Assembly (NCBI GenBank): GCA_951406725.2
Contig: OX597823.1
Location: 68,510,001-68,574,000, forward strand
Source of the DNA: Octopus vulgaris
Lineage: Eukaryota
Length of the DNA: 64,000 nt
Direction of reading: 5' to 3'
Below, one piece after another: positions 1 through 12,863 of this stretch. The notes beneath the pieces were generated by a model. That model saw only the letters and a list, made by a program, of their open reading frames with translations, was not told the origin of the DNA and searched no databases. The translations under genes were made by a program, and so were the position numbers. Each line of letters opens with the position of its first letter. The stretch's first letter is position 1.

Positions 1-65
1 CATAAGTTTAAAAGTAATTTGTAAACTGCCTGGAATAGAATTCTGTACCACAGTTCCTTTATTAA

Positions 66-548
66 ACAGGCTTGCGAAGACCTGTTGGGGCAAGTGAAAT
101 CGGAAACGAAATTGAACCAATCCTATGACTGGCACCCGGCAGATGCCAGGACCCCTGGACTGGAGATACGTAAAAAGCACTATTCGAATCATGGCCGATG
201 CCAGCGCCGCCTCGACTGGCTTCCGTGTCGGTGGCACGTAAAAAGCACCATCCGAATCGTGGCCGAAGCCAGTGCCGCCTCGACTGGCTTCCGTGCAGGT
301 GGCACGTAAAATGCACCAATCCGACCGTGGCCGATGCCAGCCTCGCCTGGCACCAGTGCAGGTGGCACGTAAAAAGCACCCACTACACTCACGGAGTGGT
401 TGGCGTTAGGAAGGGCATCCAACTGTAGAAACATTGCCAGATAAGACCGGAGCCTGGTGCAGCCTTCTGGCTTCCCAGATCCCCGGTTGAACCGTCCAAC
501 CCATGCTAGCATGGAGAACGGACGTTAAACGATGATGATGATGATGAT
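66..548 (+). mobile_element. RTE LINE family A, 3' UTR fragment with tandem ~65-bp units and (GAT)n tail
   Basis: Colinear with 49690-50140, which lies downstream of the RT ORF. Contains repeated GGTGGCACGTAAAAAGCAC units and ends ...CCAACCCATGCTAGCATGG...(GAT)n. Confidence 0.9.
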
Positions 549-3489
549 ATCTGAAGTAATCAAGAAAATATATGCAGAATAAAGAAGCCAGATAATTTCT
601 TTTAGTGAATCTTACAGAAATTCTAAATTCTAAAACTAATTTATGTGTATGATTTTATAGTTTCATATTAATACATTGATTTAAGAATAATATATAAACG
701 AAGGCTAACAAATATAATTTACACTTTTTTATATTTTTTTCTTGAATATGAACAAAGATGATACTCACAAAATATACTATAATTTTTTCTAAAGACTTTA
801 TTCAATATTTAAATAGATCACATTTACAATATTTTGCTGAGGTCAACAAAAGTGTCATCTAACCAACTATTTATTTGAAAATTTCTTAAAAAATTTTTCT
901 TATATATTTTAAAATGGCAATCATCTTAAGTGTAGATGAAAATGACTAATTCGATGAGATATTAAACTCGTAGTTTGCAGTTATGTATCTAAATCTGCTT
1001 TTTCTTTGTGCATCCACTTTTCAGCTAAGTTTTATTAAGTCAAGGCAGAACTTATTTCCTTGCACTTGACTTTAAACAGGAACTTCATATTGAACTGATT
1101 CACTTCTGTACATAATGGCTGCTAAAAAAGGTGATGTGTGATTTGTTAGCTGACCTCAATTAATTCTGTGTTCAATATTTTTCTTTGGTTAAATTTATCT
1201 TACTGTTAAGTGAACAAACATAAACACCAATTTAAAGAGATGCATTGATCAGCTGTGATTACTCAAAATGAAGTATGCTTCTGGTTGAATTATTAGAGAT
1301 TTGTTTTCAAAGCATTAATCAGTACAGCTCTTCATATAAAACTTAACATAGATATTTTGAAACAATATGTACCAGAAATAAATACTAGAAGTAAAAATTA
1401 TTTATGAAAACTAAGTATTTATATTACCAGAGTTATGTCAAATACTTTATGCTTTGTAAAACTAACTTCTACTGCACTAAATTTAGTTACTTTGAACTGT
1501 GTATTTGAACTATTCTATGTTGTCTTTCAGGAAAATGAACTATACTTCAACATACAGAGCTGTAGTAAAATGATATGGTTAATGTATAGTAGCTAAGAAT
1601 AGGAAAAAAAAGAAGACATGAATATAAGAGGATTATTTTGAACAAAGTTTGCATTTATTTAGACACTAAGAGTCTAAAACTAAAGAAAGGAAGCAAAATG
1701 AAATATGAATATTTCATCTATCCATAACTCAAGCAAAGTTATGCTGAGGCCAAAATACCTCCCTAAAAGCCAAAGAAGACTTGTCTGTAGATATCACAGC
1801 TGTGTTCTTTAAAGTCAGTATTACAGTTTTCCTACATACATATAGGAATAATGAAAGACAGGGCTGAGTAAATACTAGCAAAATAAGAAATAGCAACAGT
1901 ATTGTGTGGCATGCATGCAGCAATAAAATAGATAGGTATGTCAACTAAAGAATTTGTATGGAATAACAATGGAGATCAGGAAATAGGAAATAAAAGATGA
2001 AATTGTAAACAATGGATCTAAGACTATTTATGAGAATTCCTACATCTATGCAAGCCAGATAGATTCAGTTCTATACAAAATGGAATAGCCAGATAGTTGT
2101 AAATAGTAAGTCTTTCCCCGATGAAGAATGTATCACCTAACATAAGTTACTGATTAATGACTTATAAATATAAAAGTTAGACAGGCCCTCATTGATGCTG
2201 AGAAGAAAAAAACTTCTAAATGTTATAAGAAATGTGGAAAATGTTTGGAAAGAAAAGGGTCTAGTCAAAGCACAACTAATAGAGCTATCAACTATTGTGG
2301 AAGACAGTTATATTGTCAAAATCACCATTAAGGATATGAAGATAGGGTAGACAGCCAACCCATCTAGCATAGTCCCTGTAATGCTGAAAATACATGGTGA
2401 ATGAAATAAGGCTCAAGCAAGTCATTTGTGTAGGGTTAGGGTTATAATACAAGTTATACAGGTGGTGTCATATCCAATGAATATCAACAAATCATCAACA
2501 AATGCAACCTGACAATGATGATTCATTTTACTTTCCATTTCTCAATACAATGTCTGTTAGTTCCAGTTTTGCTGCAAAGACCAACTTTTAATTGAGTTTT
2601 AACCTCTATTTGTTATTTGCATTGGCAAGTTTTATCCATTCAAAATTTCCTCTGAAAAATCCTATTTATTGGTTTGTATTCTAAATTGCCAAATGAGCAA
2701 AAATATTTTCTCAGTCCTGACTAAATTCTAAGAATCAACATCAAGCTTTTTTCCATTAAGTAGCTTCTCTCTCTCTTTCTCTCACTTTCAATTATTTATT
2801 TCACTGGACTCTAGCTTATAACTTACAGTTAACTTTCCAATTGTGAAGAATTTGATTCTTCTTGTCAGTTAGGAATCTGAGGAAAGCTCAGTCTTATCCA
2901 ACAACCAACATAAAGGCAAGTTTTGATTTTATTACCATGTAACTGGAACGCCATTAAAAAAGTGTGGCTACAATTATTTTCAGTTTTCAGCATGAAATGT
3001 CTATAGGCTATAAAACCCAGATTTTTCAAAATTTTAGAATGATAACAAAATAAAAAAAATGTATGACCAAAGACATAATTCATTCATAACTGGAAGTATA
3101 TTCTATATAATTTTCAAATAAATAGCAATTCAGCCTAAGATAAACAAACATTCAGTTTCAAGCTATCTACAAAGGATGTCATGCAATCCTTTATAAAATC
3201 ATGCCAGAATCAACTTAATTTACGACATTGTTGCTCTGGTATTCTAAAATGATCATTACGCCATCAAAGAGACATTTTCTATCAAACTTTATAGATTTTA
3301 TAATATATTGCAGCAGAAAATGCAATTTAAAAAGCCTAACAGAAACATTTATAGCATAGCATGTTTTTTTCCTATCCTTAATATATATAGACAGACAGAC
3401 AGACAGATAGATAGATAGATAGATAGATACACTATTTGTAAAATCATATTATTATTATTAATAATAAAGTGAGATAATATAATCATTGG

Positions 3490-4076
3490 TATGCCAGACA
3501 AAATGCTCAGCAGCATTTCATCTGGCTTAGTACAGTTGCTATTCAAATTGTACTGAGGTCAAATTTGCCTTTTATCCTTTCAGGGTCGATAAAATAAGCA
3601 CCAATCAAGTACTGGGATCGATGTAATCATTAGCACATCAAACAAAATGTTTAGTGCATTTTGTCTATCTTTACATTCTGAGTTCTAGTTCTATCAAGGC
3701 TGACTTTGCCTTTCATCCTTTCAGGGTTCGTGAATTAAGTACCAGTTGAGCACTAGTATTGATGTAATTGACTTTCCCCATCTCCCAAAAGTTCAGGCCT
3801 TGCACCTATAATAGAAAGGATTACAACTGTCAATATTATTATTAAAATGTGGTGAGCTGGAAGAATCATTAGCATGTTGGACAAAATGCATAATGGCATT
3901 TCTCTTGGCTGTTTGTTCTGAGTTCAAATTCTGTCAATGTTGACTTTGCCTTTCCCCCTTTCAGGCGTAGATAAAATAAGTACCATTTGAGAAATGGGAT
4001 TGATGTAATCAACTAGCCCCACTCCAAAATTTCAGGCCTTGTATCTATAGTAGAAAAGATTATCATTATTATTATT
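3490..4076 (+). mobile_element. Three head-to-tail copies of a tRNA-type SINE (family S1)
   Basis: Three repeats of GAGTTCAAAT...GACTTTGCCTTTCATCCTTTCAGGGTCGATAAAATAAGTACC-like core at about 3490, 3630 and 3848, ending in an (ATT)n tail. From memory the core resembles the Meta/MESC SINE domain. Confidence 0.85.
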
Positions 4077-5075
4077 GGAAGTGGTGGTGGTAGCAGTAAT
4101 ATTTTTAGTAGGCATAAAAATATTTATTTTTTTCAATTCATCCATTACAATACACTGATATATTTGTAAACTAATATATATTTTTCTATGAAAGGAATTG
4201 TATAATGACATAGCTGTGAGATCGAGCATTATGTTCAAATGTAAAATACAAAAACAATTACACATGAATTGATATTTTGGTAAAAATAATGTAAAACATT
4301 GTTGTCTGATAAGAAAAATAAACGATGATAGTTTGTATTGGCAGAAATCATTTTAAAGAAGCTCCTGAAAAGGAGTATGTGTGTGTCATAAGAAGAACTA
4401 AATTTAAGAATTTGAAATAAATCCCACATTGGCAAAAAGTATAAAGTGTTTGAAACAGTAAGAAATAAGACCATATGTAGAAATGATATGTTAGAAATGA
4501 TCTGACAAAGCAGATAATAGTAGAAGGTCAGAGAAAAAAAGTAATGTATTAGAGTAATTTAAAGGAGCATGTGTATTATATATGCATTTGTGTGAGCATA
4601 AATATTACATTTGTGTGTATGTATATCGTGTGGAAGTGTTTGCATGGGTTTATATATGTACAAGAAGAATATCTAGCATTGCCCAGAAGATATAGCACTC
4701 ATTTCTTCTTTGATTAGTTAAATTCAAATCATGACAATTCTGCATAAATATATTTTACCTAATACATTGTTTATATTATTTGTAACAAAGATACATTCTT
4801 CACTTCTGAAAATTTCATTTGAATTTTAATAAATCACTATAAAAGGAAAGGCAATATATACACAATATACAGCTGAGTTGTGCAATATGCATCCTATCTC
4901 TATACCTTTGATCAGTATGCCTTTGCTAAATGTTTTTCAGATTTCTGTTTTAAACATTGGACATTACAACTGTGTGTAAAAAGAAATGGAAATTTCATAT
5001 TTTTTCAACAATTTTCCCTTCATACACATAGATGAATCATATATATATATATATATGCACACACACACACACATG

Positions 5076-5106
<31 letters not shown>

Positions 5107-7634
5107 ATGTATACACACACATGCATATATATATATATTGGGCAGTGAGGAAGACAACATGGGAGAGAGAAATTTTCACAAATTTTATATTAGTTTAATG
5201 TTTAAAAAGAAGGGAAAGAGTCTTGTATACAGACATACATACATACACATGTATATGCATACACACACATACATACCGATATACACTTACAGATATAAAA
5301 ATCTAAGCTTAGTGATAAACGAATGCATATGCATACACTAATACATTTGCTTTTCACTTATTGAAATGAAAATACCTCATGGAAAAATCAAAATTGTAGT
5401 GTAACATTCTTTTCTATTTTGATTATATGCTGCCAAATATATTCCTTCAACTTGAGAGAAGAAAAGGTTGTTTTTCATCATCTTGTTGTCATTGACACAT
5501 ACATGTATTTGAAATCCTATTCTCATTGATCATATAGGCCTTAAGTATATATTTTGGTTTCTTGACTTGAAAATTATTACCATACATCTACATGATTTTA
5601 TTTTTATACAATAGTTTTGATGTATGGCCAAACAAATCTTTTCCAAAATATTGGTATCTTTTTTTTTACTAGGAAAAGAATTATTTCTCTATTGATTACT
5701 ATTTTACCAACTCTCTTGCTTTGACTCAAAATTGTTGCAATTTAGAAACTCTTATTCCATACCTCCCTTCTTTCACTCTGGCTTACTTCCTGATATATTG
5801 TGATATAACAGAAAGTATCTTAAAAAGCAATTAAAAATGTAAGAACAATAATTTTCGTTTTCAGTTCTATATATATATTTTTTAATTTGAACAAATATCT
5901 AAATTAATATGAAAAACTATTGAGAAATAAGTTAAACAGTAGATACTTCAGAACCTAAGAATGATATACATCAAAATCAGTATATATAAATAGTTTACCA
6001 AGTGGAATAAGTTAGTAAGGAAGAGAAGAGGTTAGATGATTTGGGTAAACCTTTCATCTGATGAATGTCATTGTTTGAAACATCACATAAAATCTCTTCC
6101 TCATACCAAACACACTTATTCCATATTATGCACTGTTTATATTCAGAGGTAAACAGGTATTAGAACCTGTTTATATGGTCGAAAGCATCAAGTTACTGAT
6201 GTCAACAATTTCTTTCAATCTCTTATCATACAACACTAAGAACTTGATTGAAAGTTTTTGCTGTTTTATTTCTACCTTCAATAAAATGGAACCTATTGTA
6301 CTGTAATACTGGAGTCAATGGTGAATTGGTGTTTATAACACGTTTTATACCTAATCTACATTCTTTCACCAATCAATTGCATTCTTTCTGAAGTTTTATG
6401 ATGATAAACTCTCCTGCAAGGCAATATTGCTCAAAGCTATACCTTTTGATTTTCTCCTGGCCTGTCCTGATAAAGAAGTTTTCTGATCAAAGGCGTTCTT
6501 GCCAAGGCCATACAATCTTTCATCAGGGCAAAATTATCCAAACGTCCTTCCCTTTTTAATATGGTCTGATGAGATTTCAAAGAGATTTTGTTGCTATTTG
6601 TAGCAAGTCAAATAATTGTAAATAGGCCCCCTTGAAATATATTTAACTTTAGTGCAACCGAATTTAACACTTCACTTGTTATGTCTTTTTTGGTAACATG
6701 ATACTTATGCAGAGATGTTGCCAATAACATTGAGAAACTTTGATGATATTCATTATCATGATATTTATTATCTTTGAGTTTATTACAATCATTCTGAGGC
6801 TGACATCCAGAGAAGTTTTGAACTAATTTGGTGGTTAGTTCTAATTTTCTAATATTATATAATATCCTCTTATCTATTGTATTACCTAAGAAATTACCAC
6901 ATTTATTCATTTTACTTGATGCCACTTATTAGGATTCTTCTTTTCTTCCAACAGTTATATGCCTATAGAAGAAACTGATAATATATATCCTTAGCAGTCA
7001 CCAGTAACAACTGGAAAATGTCAATGATGTTTTCAGTTTTTACAGAGCACCTAAAACTGAGATGGATATATGTGAAAACACTGACACACTGCTAGGAGAT
7101 AAGTATATACATAACTACTATTTCAGCTCATCTAAGAACAAAATGGTAAGCAAAAATTTATTTATGCAGAACAAAACAAACGTTAGATTGACATTTCAAA
7201 GATAGCTACTTAGCTTCCATTGTGGCCTTAAATTTTAATGATGTTACAACATAAATATGCAGAAATATGGGTAGATAGCTAATATGACGACAATTTCAAA
7301 GAACTATATGACATAATTACGCTCTGTTCCATATCTAGTAAAGCCAAACAATAAACACTACAACAATAAGCAGTGTTTTTATTTATGAGCATCACACTTA
7401 AAAACCTTCAACATATAAGCATTAGACATTACAATCTCCGATGACTGTCAATGGTGATCAGACAGATAATTTACTGATAAATATATTTATGTCAAAGTCA
7501 GAAAATAATTCAATATTGAAGATTTCACAAGAAAACAAGGTTACCACCATATCAGTAACTATAGAACAAAAGTTTCATCATTCATAGCACTATTAAATGA
7601 TGTGTAAAGATTATATATATATGTTGTTATATGC

Positions 7635-7890
7635 AAGTGTAGCTCTGTGGTTAAGAAGTTTACTTTGCAGCCATGTGGTTTGGGGTTCAGTGCAACTTCA
7701 TAGTTGCATGGGTAATTGTCCTCTAATATAAATATGTGAATGGATTTGGTTGCTAGAATGGGAAAGAAGCCTATTGATTATGTGTTTTTGTGTGTAGGGG
7801 TGTGTGCATGCATAAATGAGTGAGTGTAGGTGACCAAAATCTTGTGAGTGAATTTGGTAAACAAAAACTAAAAGAAGCTCATTGTATGTG
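7635..7890 (+). mobile_element. tRNA-derived SINE family S2, decayed, with duplicated 3' block
   Basis: GCTCTGTGGTTAAGAAG...GGTTCAGT head matches 55240. The TGTGAGTGGATTTGGT...AAAGAAGC block occurs twice. Confidence 0.7.
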
Positions 7891-7916
7891 TGTGAGTGTG
7901 TGTTCATAAGTAAATA

Positions 7917-8106
7917 CTCTTCCCTTCTGGAAGCCATCTACTCGCAATACCAGAGGGCGCACACTCTCCTACCCTGATGTAATCTCCAGGGATACAGGCA
8001 TCCAGCAACAGGACCTCTGTAATGCCATGATGGACCGTGAAGTCTGGCGTAGCATGGTAAATTCCATTGTCTCGACCACGGTCGAACAATGATGAATGAT
8101 GATGAT
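7917..8106 (+). mobile_element. RTE LINE family B, 3' end
   Basis: Encodes LWKPSTRNTRGRTLSYPDVISRDTGIQQQDL...VSTTVEQ* running into a (TGA)n tail. Near-identical to 32997-33180 on the minus strand. Candidate TSD ATAAGTAAATA (7906-7916) / ATAGGTAAATA (8105-8115). Confidence 0.85.
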
Positions 8107-9384
8107 AGGTAAATAGAAAGTTAGGTACATACATGACATGTGCACACATACACACACATGCATGCACACACACCTGCACACTATCATCATCATCACCATC
8201 AGCATTTGACTGTATATATAAATTAGCTTATGTATTCTATATATGTGCATACACTTCCCAAAGTAAAAGGACATATATAAGTTAAGACATTGAATATGCA
8301 GAAAAATATTATCTAACTCTTTTGGTGTATATGTATCAAAGAACATTTTATATATAAATATATTTTAAAAAATTAGGAGAATAAGTAAGCAAATATGAAA
8401 AATAACATATCTATGAAAATGTTTCCTTTTATTTAATGCCTTTTCACTTTAGACTGCATATTAATGTAGTATAGTTAGTTTTAAGCATTTCATCTTCCCT
8501 ATTTCATTTTCAAAACTATGAAGGAATTCTTTTCTTGTTTGTAAATACCAAAAATCTGTTTCAATTCACTGTTTATAACTAAATATTTCTTCTCTTTTTA
8601 TCAGATATGTTTTTATTCCAGTCTTAAAGCAGATATAAATGGGAACCTAAGTATAACTAAAGATATTGTATTAATTTTCTCTTTTTAATGCTTTTATGTG
8701 TTTACTCTTGTAAGAAGCATATAGATTTCTCATATGAGGCTACTATAAAAATGATAGGTTCATTGTTCAAAACAGTTGTATGGATGAGCAAGATAAGTTG
8801 AAACATAACAATGAATAAAGAACATAAGTGTTGAATTGCTATGGAATACTTTCTTAGACAGGAACAATATATTTACATTTTACTAATAGATCAATTATTG
8901 GAGTATTTCACTTAGACAGCATATATCTTCATTTCTTTTGTATTAGTAATCCTAGATTCTTTTATCAAAGAAACATTTCTGGTTTTAGTGATGTATATCT
9001 GTGTTCATTTGTGTACAAACATGCACTTAGATTCAGTCTCATAAAGCTTTAGTTCTGCATCCCTGTTTGTATGCATATACATGCATATTCACAATTATGA
9101 ATGTTTTTATGTGGATTTACAAGTAAATGTAAGTTTACAAGCAAATGTGCTAATAAAAAGTGGCACACATAAATGCTAAGGCTGCTTCTTTTGTCAAAGC
9201 CAAGGCAATGTACATCTTATGCTAGCATTAGTACAAAACAAAGGTAGCAAGATTTCTATACTGTATAAGAGTATGTTTCTCATAGACTACTCACAATATA
9301 CATGAAGTATTGTGTCAATTGTAGTTGCTTTATTTGTAGTGCAAAGAATTATTGATAACAAACAAGCACATACAGGTGTGTGTA

Positions 9385-9432
<48 letters not shown>

Positions 9433-9483
9433 AATTGAAGAAATGGAGTTGAACGAAGATTGAACAGAAATCGTTTTATTGCA

Positions 9484-9562
9484 TTCTACACGTGTTTCGA
9501 AAGGCACAATTTACCAAATTCCGATTGAATAGGAGACCATATTGTGTCTTTCTCTTCAGGAA
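9484..9562 (-). ncRNA. Minimal type I hammerhead ribozyme (PLE-type)
   Basis: Minus strand reads UUC-CUGAAGA-GAAAGACACAAU...AUUGUGCCUUUC-GAAA-CACGUG-UA/GAA. Core intact, 12-bp stem II with one mismatch, palindromic stem III, GUA cleavage triplet, 3-bp stem I. Confidence 0.85.
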
Positions 9563-10132
9563 GAAATAGGAAATCCGTTGGAAAAAACAAAAACAGAACA
9601 GAGGCGGAGCAAAACAAATCGAACGAGGCTCCTAAGAGCCCATGGCCAAACTGTTTATCAATGTATGTTGAAAGCGGGTGGTGGGTGCGTTGAAGATTTT
9701 AACGGTTCAGGCAGCGGTCATTCCAGTGGGTGAGAGCACGTGGTGCTTAGATGTTCTTTGTGACTGAGACTAAAGATCTGACTATTTAAAGAATATTAGG
9801 TGTATTATATGGGGCGAGACAAAATCTACTTAGAAACAGGTGTGTGTGTGCGTAAACAGTCCTACACAATGGTCACTGCTGTAAAATCCGTAATGGTCAC
9901 TGCTGTAAAATCAGTCGGGTGGCAGAAAAATATTTTATGTGTGCGTGTGTTCGTCTAATCATGCCTTGTCAAAGAAACCCCCCGTCGTCAAAACAAACCC
10001 CCATTCGTCTTCCAGGAGTAATTCCCCTTGCAGTGGTTAATCATATTTCTCTTAAAAGCTATTTCAGAATTTATTTCCAAGGGCTATTTTCATATAAGTA
10101 GTGTAACCGGGTGCAGGTATTATTTATAAGCG

Positions 10133-10771
10133 TTATTTATAAGCAAGATAAGTATAACGCCGCCAATGGGGGCATCGAAAAGCCGACTGTAAAAGTCCGT
10201 TTACCATCCGGTCTCTGGCGAACAATATATGGAAGAGTTCGGAGACACAAAGGTTGCACTTCCTTCTGCCCCTGTCAAATGGGAGGGCCACCGACAAAAT
10301 TGACCATTCCAGTCTGTAGCTTGAGTTCGTATTCTTCAATCGCCATATTAGCTTACTAAGTCCCGTGGTCTGGCATTTATTCACGTCTCGAAAAGTTGCG
10401 TAATGGTTGGAGATTCGTGAGGCCAATCTAGACGATGAGGCCCCGACATAAGCGTAGACATCTGAGTCCGTGTGAACCTTACATTGGTAGACGGCGTTTC
10501 TGATCTTGGAGTTCGCCGACGTGAACCTTATTCTATTAGGATTAGTTTCTGAAATTAGAACTGCGTTACTGTTACTATATTTGTTGCGAGAACTGCAGCC
10601 GCTTACTACTTTATTTTCCACTACGTCACTATTAACTAACGGAATAACCCCTGAATCTACACTATCACTCAGAGTGCTGTCATTGCTAGTGCCCGTGGTG
10701 CTGCTATTGCCGGAAATGATGCTGGAGTTGCTAATGGGACTCTCTACCCTAACGAGCCGAGCTGCCCTCAC
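10133..10771 (-). CDS. GIY-YIG endonuclease domain of a Penelope-like retroelement (partial ORF)
   Basis: AVYQCKV...YVGASS..L..RISNH...LSKLIW.LK...KCNLCVSE...MVN...CPH motif order matches PLE (Neptune-like) endonucleases. Confidence 0.85.
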   Translation of the reverse strand: MRAARLVRVESPISNSSIISGNSSTTGTSNDSTLSDSVDSGVIPLVNSDVVENKVVSGCSSRNKYSNSNAVLISETNPNRIRFTSANSKIRNAVYQCKVHTDSDVYAYVGASSSRLASRISNHYATFRDVNKCQTTGLSKLIWRLKNTNSSYRLEWSILSVALPFDRGRRKCNLCVSELFHILFARDRMVNGLLQSAFRCPHWRRYTYLAYK

Positions 10772-10856
10772 CTCACTACTGCCATTGATTAATCTGCAAC
10801 AAGATTATTCATCTTTCTATTTCACAAAATATATATATATATATATACATATATAT

Positions 10857-11054
10857 TGGCCGTTTGCCAGCCTCGTCTGGCACCTGTGTCGGTGGCACAT
10901 AAAATCACCCACTACACTCTCGGAGTGGTTGGCGTTAGGAAGGGCATCCAGCTGTAGAAACACTGCCAGATCTGACTGGACTGGTGCAGCTTTCGGGCTC
11001 CCCAGACCCCAGTTGAACCGTCCAACCCATGCTAGCATGGAAAGCGGACGTTAA

Positions 11055-11086
<32 letters not shown>
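10857..11086 (+). mobile_element. RTE family A 3' end
   Basis: Matches 49925-50140; (GAT)n tail. Confidence 0.9.
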
Positions 11087-11236
11087 ATGTTACTACTTTT
11101 TTGTACATTTACTTATGATTAAAAAAACTTTCCATTAATTTGAGGGGTTTCTCTATACTTTTGTAGTGTACAAGTTTATTATCAAGTGAGAATATTGTTA
11201 AAAGTAATTTTGAAGTTTCAAACAGTTAGGACATGT

Positions 11237-11290
<54 letters not shown>

Positions 11291-12347
11291 CATACATACA
11301 TACATACATACACACATCATATATAAATGTGTGTGTTAGGAAAGAAAGCCCTGTTTCATTTTGGACATGATCAATTTGGTTGTACTTTTTCAATACTTAT
11401 GGTAAAATAAACATTAAGTTTTACATTAAAGTCTCATTTTCTCTTTGCAGTTATTTTATTCTACAGTGGTTAAATTTGAATAAATTTTACTCTTTTAAAA
11501 TGAGTTTCAATCAGATCCATATCTGATACTGCATGCTGTATCAATTCAAAAGGGGCTCTTTAGTAAAGGAAGAAACAAAGAATATTCATTCTATGAATGG
11601 AAATGAAGCTTGACCAAAGATAGTTTGGTCAATTTTACTCATTCTGGATGACAGAGCAGAGCTTCTAAACACCATAGTTGAAGAAAATCCCAAGCAACCA
11701 GCATGAGAATTAACAAAACAGTTCTATTCAAGTCACACTTGAATCATACAACATCCTAGAAAAAGTGTTTAATCTTGGTCAGTGGATCCCTCATCATCTG
11801 GCTGCTTCTCAGCTTAAGAAGGTGCCTCATTAAAGAGTAATGTATGTTACAAAACCTCTTTTGGGTAAAATCACCACAAGTGATGAAAAGTGTTTCATCT
11901 ATAGTCATATTCAAAGTAAACAACAATGGTCAGCACCCAATAAAAGAAAAGGGAATCCAACCCAACAAGGATTATACCTGAGAAAGGTTATGCTCTGTGT
12001 TTCATGGGATATGAAGGTAGTTATCTACTATGAAGAGTTAAGTCAAAATGTAGAGAAGTATTTGTATCAACTGGAAGTACTGTGCAAAAATATGCAGAAA
12101 AAGTAACCATCATTTGGTTAGTCATAAAGGTCTGTTTCCTCTAACATGATAATGCAAGACAACACATTGTCCCAAGTCCCCCAGGAAAAGATAATGTGAT
12201 GCTAAACATGGAAGTTTTCCCTCGATTATATTTCCTAAACTTGCTCCATCTATCATTTTTTCAGATTGCTGCAACATTATTTATAAAGAAAGCAATTTAT
12301 TAATTATGAAAAGGTTAAAAATGATATTGAGTGTTTCTTTGCTTTAG

Positions 12348-12566
12348 CTCATATATATCCCTGGTTGCATTTTCGCAATGCAAAACCTGCTCCTACTTGT
12401 TTGGATATGAATTCGCCAGGAAGCATCTGATTGAGCATTCAAAATGTTCAGTAGGTAGTCGACACTCGTAGCTACCAGTTGCATACAGTCCTTCTCTTCC
12501 TGTTTGTGAAAGCTCACCATAATGTTTAATCTAAATACAATGACATTTTTTATGGGCATATATGGG
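12348..12566. mobile_element. piggyBac-like MITE nested in the mariner
   Basis: Left TTAG|CTCATATATATCCC versus reverse complement of the right end TTAA|CCCATATATGCCC. Mariner coding sequence resumes directly after it. Confidence 0.6.
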
Positions 12567-12659
12567 TTAAAACTTAAAGAATTTTACAAGAATTATATGA
12601 CAGATCAGCGATTTGTCATATAGATGGAATTACATTACCAATAATAAAGGGAAATATAA

Positions 12660-12863
12660 GTTTAAAATTTTGGCACAAAGCCAGCAATGTTTGGCAGAGG
12701 ATAAGTTGATTACTTTGACACTAGTGTTTAACTGGTACTTAGCCCTTAAGGATGAAAGGCGAAATCGACCTCATTGGAATTTGAACTAAGGATGTAAAGA
12801 CAGACAAAATGCTACTAAGCATTTTGTCTGACGTACTAACAATTCTGCCAGCTTGCTACCTTA
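12660..12863 (-). mobile_element. SINE family S1
   Basis: Reverse complement of the S1 core (GGATGAAAGGCGAAATCGACC...GAATTTGAACT...TTCTGCCAGCT). Confidence 0.85.

Larger units (their letters stand above)
9430..10800 (-). mobile_element. Penelope-like element, 5'-truncated (endonuclease plus 3' region with hammerhead)
   Basis: GIY-YIG ORF followed downstream by a minimal hammerhead motif and AATAAA. Bounded by (TA)n tracts. Confidence 0.85.

Noticed and set aside
62-512. Overlapping ORFs and a regularly spaced repeat resembling a CRISPR array (also 49653-50094)
   Set aside because: The intervening sequences are homologous to each other, not unique spacers. This is an RTE 3' UTR tandem repeat in eukaryotic DNA with no cas genes.
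1700-2400. Possible old LINE endonuclease relic on the minus strand (ILNGDFD)
   Set aside because: Only one short motif; insufficient without a profile search.
6040-6095. CTGATGA...GAAACATC hammerhead-like string
   Set aside because: Stems I and II do not pair unless several mutations are assumed.
10506-11054. 182-aa Leu-rich ORF on the plus strand
   Set aside because: Antisense shadow of the Ser/Asn-rich PLE frame, running through (TA)n into an RTE tail.
12344-12559. 71-aa minus-strand ORF with an acceptor-like TTTAG
   Set aside because: Lies wholly inside the TIR-bounded MITE.
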